From contig JACZTB010000029.1 of the NCBI GenBank assembly GCA_022573895.1, forward strand, positions 1 through 22,466: a stretch of DNA of 22,466 bases, written 5' to 3'. The stretch comes from Nitrososphaerota archaeon. GTDB lineage: Archaea > Thermoproteota > Nitrososphaeria > Nitrososphaerales > Nitrosopumilaceae. The position numbers were made by a program, and so were the translations under genes. Below the pieces are notes generated by a model. The model saw only the letters and a list, made by a program, of their open reading frames with translations. It did no database searches and was not told the DNA's origin. This document shows positions 8,084 through 15,862 of the stretch, piece after piece (within the stretch, counting starts at the first letter, position 1; each line of letters starts with the position of its first letter).

Positions 8084-8947
8084 TTGAATAGGAATACCTC
8101 TAGAGAGATAATCAATTCCAACTTTAATATCGTAATGGGTTTTGCTGAAAATATTTCATTTCATATGCCTGAAAAGAAGCACACAGATGCAATAACCAAT
8201 CTTAAATTTTTGCAAAACAAAATAAACAAAAATGATTATTCTTTTCTTAGCACAGAGGATATAATCCAACATTGTTATCCAATGCGAGATATGATAATTC
8301 GATTTACTCCTTTAATCTCAAAACAGCTAAATTTCTATTGGAATGCACATATTGATATTATGAATAAAATTAATCAAAAAGAAGTAAACGTTAGTCTTGA
8401 AACCATAGATAAAAATAAAATAAAACAAATGGGAATACTAAGCCAATTACATACAAAAACAATGAAACGATTTTTGACAGATACTTCAAATCTATCTCAT
8501 TTATTTGCACTTTTTTATTTTCATGTCTTAAGAGTTGATACATTTGAGAAGTCAATTAAAGACCCATTAAAAAAATTATTAGAAAAATATGAACTAAATC
8601 ATTTATGCGATGTTGAGAGTATGTTTTCTATAAAACATAAAATTAAAACAAAAAATGTTAAGTACACAACCGACATTCGCGTTGTTAGAAATTGTTTAGC
8701 ACATTTTAAATTTGAAATTTTGGATAATCAAGATGAATGGAAAATTTATTTTAAAAGCGGTAAGGATTCAGAAGATTATGCATATTACAACGAATCATTT
8801 TCAAAAGAACAACTAGTGGAGTTTCTCAATAATTCAAATATACTCTATCAATCTCAGTATATGTTAACTGCATTATTGAGTGCCATCACTTATTTCAAAC
8901 CATTTGCAAAAGAACCTCTATTGGTGCACAAACTAATAGCCACGTAA
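8084..8947 (+). CDS. hypothetical protein with an RNxxAH (HEPN-type Rx4H) motif
   Basis: This 287-codon ORF has a TTG track start, with the first ATG at 8135. VVRNCLAHFKF (R at aa 202, nt 8687-8704) matches the R-[N]-x3-H catalytic motif of HEPN/Abi-type RNases, in an otherwise helical-looking protein. Confidence 0.5.
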   Translation: MNRNTSREIINSNFNIVMGFAENISFHMPEKKHTDAITNLKFLQNKINKNDYSFLSTEDIIQHCYPMRDMIIRFTPLISKQLNFYWNAHIDIMNKINQKEVNVSLETIDKNKIKQMGILSQLHTKTMKRFLTDTSNLSHLFALFYFHVLRVDTFEKSIKDPLKKLLEKYELNHLCDVESMFSIKHKIKTKNVKYTTDIRVVRNCLAHFKFEILDNQDEWKIYFKSGKDSEDYAYYNESFSKEQLVEFLNNSNILYQSQYMLTALLSAITYFKPFAKEPLLVHKLIAT

Positions 8948-9050
8948 TTTCAATCATAATACTAAATCAAAATTTTCATAATCTTATTACAAATTACGAA
9001 ATTGTACATAAACATACAGTTTTATCAATTAAAGAAGTTATTATCAACAT

Positions 9051-9677
9051 ATGCCAATAATGTCTGGTGCTAGTTTTCCTGGAACCCATAAGGTTATGCT
9101 TTTCATTGACGGTCATTATCTTGCTAAAAACATAAGTGAAAAAACAGATGGTGATATTAATTACGACAAACTAGCAAAGTATCTGAACACTTATGCAAGA
9201 TTTGACAACCATATTGGTCCTATAATGATTAGGGCATATTATTATGATGGAAAACCAGATGTTCGTGATGCTGAAAACCTTGATGAGAAAAAACAAGAAG
9301 CTAAAGAAAAAATTGAAAATACTCTCAAAATTCAGGATGATGAATTAACAAAAATTCGCAATACCGATCTTTTTGATGTTCGTTTAGGACATGCAGTAAT
9401 TACAAAAAATCTAGAATTCAGACAAAAGGGAGTAGATTTACTCCTTGGAATAGACATGATAAGTAAAGCGTATGAAGGTCAATATGATGTAGCTGTATTA
9501 GTTGCAGGTGATTCAGATTTTATAGAATTAGTTCAAGCTGTAAAACACATAGGGCCTAGAGTCATAGGAGCATATTTTGATCATAATGTTAGAAAAGAGT
9601 TGACTGATTCATTTGACAAAAGATTTGAATTATCAGTTGAAAATTTAATCGCCAATAAAATTATTGAAAAAAAATAA
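9051..9677 (+). CDS. NYN-domain (LabA-like) putative ribonuclease, paralog 2
   Basis: VMLFIDGHYLAKN, IRAYYYDG, RQKGVDLLLGIDM and VLVAGDSDFIELVQAVKHIGPRVIGAYF are present. It aligns block for block over its full length with the 1933..2634 product, including a charged helical insert between YYYDG and RQKGVD. ATG start. Confidence 0.8.
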   Translation: MPIMSGASFPGTHKVMLFIDGHYLAKNISEKTDGDINYDKLAKYLNTYARFDNHIGPIMIRAYYYDGKPDVRDAENLDEKKQEAKEKIENTLKIQDDELTKIRNTDLFDVRLGHAVITKNLEFRQKGVDLLLGIDMISKAYEGQYDVAVLVAGDSDFIELVQAVKHIGPRVIGAYFDHNVRKELTDSFDKRFELSVENLIANKIIEKK

Positions 9678-9808
9678 TTCGTTAGAAAGATAGTTAGTTA
9701 ACATGTATTCTATGTTGAATACTTCTAAGATAATGTTTGGAATATGAATTCTATTACTTAATAACATACAAAATTAGAAAAAAAGATTAACATAATTTCA
9801 AATTTAAA

Positions 9809-10507
9809 TTAAGAATTAAAATGCCAAGACACTTCACCTAAATGAAACGGGGAAGTACGATGATGATTTAGTAATTCTTTAGCATTTAGTAGTACTACTC
9901 CACACTGATTACAAAAACAATGAACTTTTCCTTGTAAAAGCAATTGATTTCTTTCATGAGTTATCATAAATTTTAAATCATGATCATCTTTCATATCTTT
10001 AATATGATTTTTAATTAACCAAGATGTTGATCTTAATGCTTCTGTTGCTAATTTACGTTTTTGTGAAAGTGTTTCATGATCATCAAAATAGAACCAGTTG
10101 TTTTTAGTTGCATTCCAATCGACATAAAAAGATTCTAGTTTTTTCTTGGACAGCAGTTTTAAAAATAACATGAATCGTTCTAGTTCTTTTTTAGATGTGG
10201 TTGTTTGATTTTCTACAAATGTTGATAAATAATTAGGTAAAGATTGTAATTTTTTTGTATGTGATTCAAACTCATCATTCCAAATCTTTTTTGTTATAGA
10301 ACGATTGTTTGATGTGGCATCCAACAACAAGTAAACTTTTCCCATTTCCTCTAATGCCAAAACAGATAATGAAATACTTGTAGCATATCGTCCATTATCA
10401 AATGCTAATGTAGAATCATCTGTTAATCTATTGGCATTTTTCAAACAAATAACTGCACCATCAATCATTTCATCAATAGGAATAGGCCAATTATTACCCT
10501 TAATCAA
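9809..10507 (-). CDS. AbiV-like (HEPN superfamily) protein with a C-terminal C2H2-type zinc finger
   Basis: The N-terminus ...NANRLTDDSTLAFDNGRYATSISLSVLALEEMGKVYLL ... FESHTKKL resembles the AbiV-family helices (y..a..L...alEE.gK ; sH..K). The C-terminus CNQCGVVLLNAKELLNHHRTSPFH fits C-x2-C-x12-H-x5-H. Confidence 0.5.
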   Translation of the reverse strand: MIKGNNWPIPIDEMIDGAVICLKNANRLTDDSTLAFDNGRYATSISLSVLALEEMGKVYLLLDATSNNRSITKKIWNDEFESHTKKLQSLPNYLSTFVENQTTTSKKELERFMLFLKLLSKKKLESFYVDWNATKNNWFYFDDHETLSQKRKLATEALRSTSWLIKNHIKDMKDDHDLKFMITHERNQLLLQGKVHCFCNQCGVVLLNAKELLNHHRTSPFHLGEVSWHFNS

Positions 10508-10693
10508 TAATCAAATTCTTCTTCACAAACATATCAATTTTGTTCATGTGAAATCCATTTCTTTTTAATGTGTGTTTTTAAGGTTCTGTCAAATCTGCAG
10601 TTGATCACACATAATTTTTATAAATAACTCATCACAGACTTCACAGTACCATTACTAGAATTCCTTAAATTTGTATGATCATATTTTCTTTTA

Positions 10694-12319
10694 ATGCAAG
10701 TTTTTGTCAGCCATTCATTCAAAGATGAAAAGTTTGCAAAAAAACTACGTGATGTTTTGTTACCATTTGATATTGATGCTATATTAGCTTAGGAAAACCC
10801 TCGGTTTGACAAAAATTTACGTGATAAAATTATCCAAGATCTAAAATCATCAATGTTTGTTATCGGAATTATTACTCAAAACAGCAATGAATCAATTTCT
10901 GTACAACAAGAGTTGGGATTTGCACAAGGAACTGGAATCCCTATAATTGTTATGCGTAAAAAAGATGTCAAATTCCCTGGAGCGTTGATTGATGGGTTAG
11001 AATACGCAGAATTTACTGATTCCACATTTGAGAAATCTTGTTCAGGCCTGATACATTTTATTCAAAATTATAATTCAAATATACTTGAAAATATCGATCA
11101 TTCTTTTGAACATCAAAAATTAATTGATGAGCATCTATCTTCATTATTGAAACATTTTATAAAATTTAGAGAAGAAAATCAAGCAACTATAATTGATTGG
11201 AATATTCAACGACCCAAGACTGGATACCTGAATTTGGATGAAATTCTTCTTAATTATCCTAAATTTGATTCATTAATTTCTCATTTTTATACTGATAAAA
11301 ACAATAAGATTATTTTTGAATTATTTCATCAAATTCGTTTAATTGATAAAACTCTGATTACTCTTGAAAACTCGTTAAATATTTTTCAAAAAGAGACAAT
11401 TGAAAAAATTGCTATAACATTGAAAAGAAAATATGGTTTCAAACAACGAGGACGTCTATTATCTTCTAAAACTGAATCTCTATTTCTTAGTGATTTTACT
11501 GATGGATTTCAAAATTATTCAATGAATGATAATCCTAAACTAATACATGTCTTGCCTGCAGAAAATCCTAAATTTAAAAATGCATATTCAATTAGATTTC
11601 CAGGATGGGGACTATTTGGAAATTACAAAAAAACAACTGCTAATTTTATCGTAAAAGAACTGAACAAATCTTTTAAAATTATTAAAAAAACTATTACTGA
11701 TTTTAAACAAAATATTGAAACTAGACATACTGTTAGGCGAGTATTTACAAATCAAATCAATGAATTGATAAATAATTTTGATATAGGTACTGGACCATTG
11801 GCTGGATATTGTGAATTCTGTGCTAAAGAAAGATTTTATGATAAATTCTTAATATCATCACTTGAAAAAAAATTATCTGAAATTCCTTGGGATGAAATCC
11901 ATAAACCTGAACTACCAATACTGAGTGATAATTATTTGACTGTGAAATCAGTCCATCCAAAATTCTTTGAAGTCATCATCGATGATCCTGATATTTCTGG
12001 TATTGATGAAGCACATGGTGTACCTGATATTACTATAAACAAAAAACATTTGAAAATGGCTCAGGCGATGGATGGACGATGGTATGCATATTTCGGTTCA
12101 AAACATATGTCCTCAACGACTCTTGGAAAACATATTGCCAAAATTCCAATTCTAAATGCTTCTCCATCTATATTACCTGTTACTGGTTTGGGACAGAATG
12201 GATTAAACCAAAGTATCTGGCCTTTGTATCAAAAGCTTGATTATTCCCAAAGTTCTACAATCGATTATCATCGTGGTGGACTACTATATTCCGTTTCTTT
12301 GAAAGATTTTCATCAATAA
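10694..12319 (+). pseudogene. TIR-like domain protein interrupted by a single in-frame TAG (10790-10792); the track ORF 10853..12319 is its downstream part
   Basis: My translation from ATG 10694 is MQVFVSHSFKDEKFAKKLRDVLLPFDIDAILA*ENPRFDKNLRDKIIQDLKSSMFVIGIITQNSNESISVQQELGFAQGTGIPIIVM... This is in the same frame as 10853 (both are 2 mod 3). It aligns with the TIR-like N-terminus of 2691..3908, including the conserved Glu. The C-terminal ~410 aa are unrecognised. Confidence 0.55.
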
Positions 12320-12420
12320 AAAATCTTTACGTCTATCTGTGTCCATTTTTATCCTAAAACAAGTACTTGGGTCTCAATTAATGAACAAATCAATACGGGA
12401 CCAAAGAGTTCCAGAACTGA

Positions 12421-12530
12421 TTCAAACCTCTAAGGAATTGAACATATTTTCAAACGTTATACAATACTGTCTCAAATATTATGGGATTTGAGAGTCTTGA
12501 ACTAAATTACAGACCCTGTGAAAACTCAAA
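12421..12530. repeat. intergenic repeat copy A (module 1 at 12421-12444; module 2 at 12491-12530, with a ~46-nt insert between them)
   Basis: ttcaaacctctaaggaattgaaca and agagtcttgaactaaa..agacc..tgaaaactcaaa recur at 13842-13907. Confidence 0.6.
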
Positions 12531-12595
12531 ACCTTTCCAAAAACCAAAATATTTAGACCTGGAATTATGTATAATGACAATCTTTTTGTTTTAGA

Positions 12596-12916
12596 ATGAT
12601 AAACAATTTTATGTCAAATGATAGTGTTCAAGTGAATATTTTTTTCCTTTTAGTTGGAACCACTATTGAAGAACAAATTCAAAATGCTAGAAAAGAAAAA
12701 TCTAAAATTGAAACAATTCCTAGAAATGATGTTAACCAACCTACTATTGCATTAGATGTTAAAGAAACGGAGTTCTTTTCAACTCCTGAAGTAGAACAAT
12801 CGGATGGAACTCCTGAAAAACAATCTTTCATTCATGATTTTAGAGTAGAGCGTTGGGAACAAGTGAATAAGAATACTTGGAATGCATTTCTTCATCCATG
12901 GACATCTGATGATTAG
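12596..12916 (+). CDS. hypothetical protein, 106 aa
   Basis: ATG start. It lies 66 nt upstream of the next same-strand ORF. It is acidic and no motif was recognised. Confidence 0.4.
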   Translation: MINNFMSNDSVQVNIFFLLVGTTIEEQIQNARKEKSKIETIPRNDVNQPTIALDVKETEFFSTPEVEQSDGTPEKQSFIHDFRVERWEQVNKNTWNAFLHPWTSDD

Positions 12917-12982
12917 AGTATTATATGAATTATAATCTTAATCTTTGAATTGTTTTTATCTTAAACTTATCTTAAACAAATA

Positions 12983-13789
12983 ATGTTTGTGAATATTGAT
13001 AATTTAGATGCTGGCGAAGTTTTAGAAGATCCTTCTTGGTTTAAATTATTTTTAGCAGGTCTTTTTATCCAAAAAATACCTAACACTGTTCCTGAGAATC
13101 ATTCCAGTGCAGAATATCTTTCATTTGAAGTAAATTGTGAATCATTTCTTTTTTTCTTGTGTAGTGGTCAGGATGTTCTCTTTAGAGAAATTTATGAACA
13201 AATTTTGGATGTATTTTTTTATTATCCTCCATTACAAGTCTTAAAAACAAAACTTACTGAGAAATCTTCATCTAATGTTCAAGCAGCAACTCTATCCTCT
13301 TTAATTCAACAATATTTTCCTGAACCTCAATTACGAGCTAAAAAAATTACTTCCCAACAACGACGCTCTTTAGTTGAAGGTACTTTTTCAGATGAATATA
13401 TGCTGTTGAAAATTGAGAATGGTAATGTTATACATGATACAATGGATTCGCTACCTGATATTGAGTTTGATGAATCACAATCTGATGGTGATTATCAATT
13501 GTATTGGGATATTACTAATTCGGAGTTATCCATTACTCGTCAAATGAGGAATGACGTTACTCATAATTGGTTACAGGGCTCAATGAGATATGCAAATCAA
13601 TCTAATACTTTGCGTTTTACAACAAAAAAACGACCAAAACGAACTTCTCAACAGATTAAAGATGCTCCTTTAGAATTCACATATTTGGATTTTGAGATAC
13701 AAGATCCTCATCGTTTTTTTATGCATATTTTTACTTCTACTCAAATTTTTAAATCTGAACTTAGAAAAATACTTCCGTTTAAGATTTAG
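12983..13789 (+). CDS. hypothetical protein with an RNxxxH (HEPN-type Rx4H) motif
   Basis: This 268-codon ORF has an ATG start. ITRQMRNDVTHNWL (R at aa 189, nt 13547-13564) fits the HEPN catalytic motif. Confidence 0.5.
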   Translation: MFVNIDNLDAGEVLEDPSWFKLFLAGLFIQKIPNTVPENHSSAEYLSFEVNCESFLFFLCSGQDVLFREIYEQILDVFFYYPPLQVLKTKLTEKSSSNVQAATLSSLIQQYFPEPQLRAKKITSQQRRSLVEGTFSDEYMLLKIENGNVIHDTMDSLPDIEFDESQSDGDYQLYWDITNSELSITRQMRNDVTHNWLQGSMRYANQSNTLRFTTKKRPKRTSQQIKDAPLEFTYLDFEIQDPHRFFMHIFTSTQIFKSELRKILPFKI

Positions 13790-13841
13790 ACATCATCAAT
13801 AGTGGGATCTCTGAAGAACCTTAGATATTATCTAATAATGG

Positions 13842-13907
13842 TTCAAGTATCTAAAGAATTGAACCAAGAGTCTTGAACTAAAACGTATAGACCTTTGAAA
13901 ACTCAAA
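13842..13907. repeat. intergenic repeat copy B (modules 1 and 2 contiguous)
   Basis: ttcaagtatctaaagaattgaacc is followed by aagagtcttgaactaaaacgtatagacctttgaaaactcaaa. The 16-nt core agagtcttgaactaaa and the 12-nt tgaaaactcaaa are identical to copy A. Confidence 0.6.
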
Positions 13908-13977
13908 CTTTAACTTCAAAAGTGAGTTTTTGTATCAATCATGTACCAAATATGCAAACAATTGGTTCCTAATTTGG

Positions 13978-14001
13978 TTCAAGCCTCTATGGAATCAAAC
14001 A
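13978..14001. repeat. third copy of repeat module 1
   Basis: ttcaagcctctatggaatcaaaca fits the consensus TTCAARYMTCTAWRGAATYRAACM shared with 12421-12444 and 13842-13865. Confidence 0.45.
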
Positions 14002-14096
14002 TTGAAAAAAATCATAATCTTATTTAGAGTTATTGTCATTATTTTTAGTGCGATAATTGTTTACAATATTAAAAATATTTGAATAAAATTGTAAAT

Positions 14097-14261
14097 ATGT
14101 TTAATTTTGTCGCCGAGCATTTTTATTTATTATGTGCAAATTATATCATGAGTCTATCCATAGGGAAAATAACCATCGACAAAATAGTAATGTTAGTCAT
14201 GGTCGGTGTGGTCATTGCATTTATTGTAGGATTTCTAGTTGCCATGAATCCACAGAATTGA
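14097..14261 (+). CDS. small membrane protein (about 54 aa from the first ATG)
   Basis: The C-terminal hydrophobic helix is IVMLVMVGVVIAFIVGFLVAM. The track start at 14079 is TTG; the first ATG is at 14097. Confidence 0.35.
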   Translation: MFNFVAEHFYLLCANYIMSLSIGKITIDKIVMLVMVGVVIAFIVGFLVAMNPQN

Positions 14262-14283
14262 ATAACAAGTCAAGTGGAGACTC

Positions 14284-14460
14284 ATGGTTTACGTAGAAAT
14301 TATAATTGGAGTTGTATCAGTATTGATGTTAATAATTGTGTATAATGGAATTAAGAATAGTATCAATCATCTAATATCAATAAGCTATAGTTGTACTGGT
14401 TGTGGTGAAAACATGACCAAGTTAAAATGTTCAAATTGTTATGATAATTCCAATTCATAA
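14284..14460 (+). CDS. small protein, 58 aa: N-terminal TM helix plus a CxxC...CxxC zinc ribbon (not in the ORF track)
   Basis: My translation is MVYVEIIIGVVSVLMLIIVYNGIKNSINHLISISYSCTGCGENMTKLKCSNCYDNSNS*. It has an ATG start and begins 22 nt after the previous small membrane ORF. Confidence 0.4.
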   Translation: MVYVEIIIGVVSVLMLIIVYNGIKNSINHLISISYSCTGCGENMTKLKCSNCYDNSNS

Positions 14461-14737
14461 CATCAAGCAAAGATGTTCAAGATGGAAAACAAAGCTAATC
14501 CATTACCCTCTGCCACTCAGTTCTACGATTGACAGCATTTCCTCGTTACAGCAAATTACGTCATTAAAATATTAAAACATGTTCTATTTTTCAAGTACAC
14601 ATACACATCCTAGAAAATCACACATTCTGCCGGACGTGGTTTTTCTGTGCCACGAGTTCGCGTGTTCACAAACTAGGCAATCCGACTTTTCATTGATTTT
14701 ACTTTTATTCATGCAGATAGATAACAATCTGAGATTA

Positions 14738-14863
14738 TCAACTAAGAATTTTTTGGCAGAGTTTACATAAACCATCTTCTATATTAACATGAAATTTTTT
14801 ACATTGATGACAAAATGAAAATTCGTATTTTGACGCTAACTCTTCTCCTACTGAAGTTTTCAT
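14738..14863 (-). CDS. candidate 41-aa zinc-ribbon protein (not in the ORF track)
   Basis: My translation is MKTSVGEELASKYEFSFCHQCKKFHVNIEDGLCKLCQKILS* (CxxC-x12-CxxC). It overlaps the listed ORFs 14579..14770 and 14584..14775 in a different frame, so only one of these can be real. Confidence 0.3.
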   Translation of the reverse strand: MKTSVGEELASKYEFSFCHQCKKFHVNIEDGLCKLCQKILS

Positions 14864-15136
14864 TAAATTACTATACACATCATCACATTTACGGATTTAC
14901 ATGTGAAAAAATATGGAAAATTAAAAATTACCTACTAACATTATTGAGTTATTTATCAAAGTGGCAGTCACAATCACATTGTTCTAGATGTAAAAATGTC
15001 AATGTTTTATAACAATCACAGTCCGTCATTTCAAATCCCAAAAACAATCAAAGTTCTAATTCAAAGGACTGAGCAATATTTGCAAATTTTGCATAAGATT
15101 CTAAATACTGTCTGCCTTTTTGGGTCGACCCTTACT

Positions 15137-15397
15137 TTAGTCTAAGAGCTTTACTGCTTCATCTCTAGGTAGAGCCATCATTGTTTGTGATTTTGCTACC
15201 TCACCGATGGCGATTCCTAGTTTCATTGCTTCCTTTTCACTTGGAGCTTCATATATCCAGACCGAATCAAATCTTCCGATAGTCCAGTAAGAGGCAATCA
15301 TCTTTACTCCTGGAGGAAGGTTTTGCAGAACCATATTTCCAACTTCGGCCACATCTTTTGCTTTTTTCCTGAACTTGATCAAAGTAATGAAAATCAT
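15137..15397 (-). CDS. GYD-domain protein
   Basis: MIFITLIKFRKK...ASYWTIGRFDSVWIYEAPSEKEAMKLGIAIGEVAKSQTMMAL matches the GYD-family pattern (..t.G.yD.v.i.EaP.e..a.k......g....t). ATG start. Confidence 0.7.
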   Translation of the reverse strand: MIFITLIKFRKKAKDVAEVGNMVLQNLPPGVKMIASYWTIGRFDSVWIYEAPSEKEAMKLGIAIGEVAKSQTMMALPRDEAVKLLD

Positions 15398-15532
15398 CTA
15401 TTTGAAATTAGACAAAATAGAATTTAACGTTAGTGCTTACGCACTAAAAAACCACGTTCATCTATATTTTGAAAGTAAATTCGTAATCATTATAGAAATT
15501 ACGCAAAATGGAGACCTGTAAAATCAAGTTTC

Positions 15533-15558
15533 AATTACATTTGATATGAACTGTCAAC
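15533..15558. promoter_or_regulatory. quasi-palindromic intergenic motif, copy 1
   Basis: AATTACATTTGATATGAACTGTCAAC is 26/26 identical to copy 2. The 18-nt core ACATTTGATATGAACTGT (15537-15554) matches its own reverse complement at 14 of 18 positions. It lies ~140 nt upstream of the GYD gene start. Confidence 0.45.
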
Positions 15559-15862
15559 ACTTTATGCAAAGTATCATTCAGGATCTTCTTCATCAGCTCG
15601 GCAACACAAACAAGCACAATCTCCATAAATGTGTCCACAACTAGAACATTGAAATTTCATCTTAGTTCTTTTTTTCCAAGTTGTATTTGGTTTTGTTCTA
15701 ATCTTTTTACCACTTCGGAACATCGTGTAATGGACTTTGAATACTTGATGTTACAAGGTAGGCAGATATTATACGACAAATACAGACTCGACATAATGAA
15801 TATTCTTTACTTAGCAAAATAAAAGATTATTTCCAACAAACCAACTCACATTATAACGCCAG

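Noticed and set aside
1933-9677. The inverted NYN paralogs as terminal inverted repeats of a composite mobile element
   Set aside because: The similarity is at the protein level only, since the nucleotide sequences have diverged. No transposase or integrase lies between them, and no nucleotide-level inverted repeats were seen at their outer edges.
14579-15012. Track ORFs 14579..14770 (+), 14584..14775 (-) and 14815..15012 (+)
   Set aside because: These are mutually overlapping ORFs of ~63-65 aa on both strands with no recognisable motifs, except a loose Cys/His pattern in the minus one. The shorter zinc-ribbon frames found by hand are at least as plausible, so none of the three is called as a feature.
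15631-15822. 63-aa plus-strand ORF
   Set aside because: It has a hydrophobic, low-complexity composition and no motif. Its 5' end is antisense to a more protein-like 28-aa Cys-rich minus-strand ORF, and it sits in a promoter-like intergenic region.
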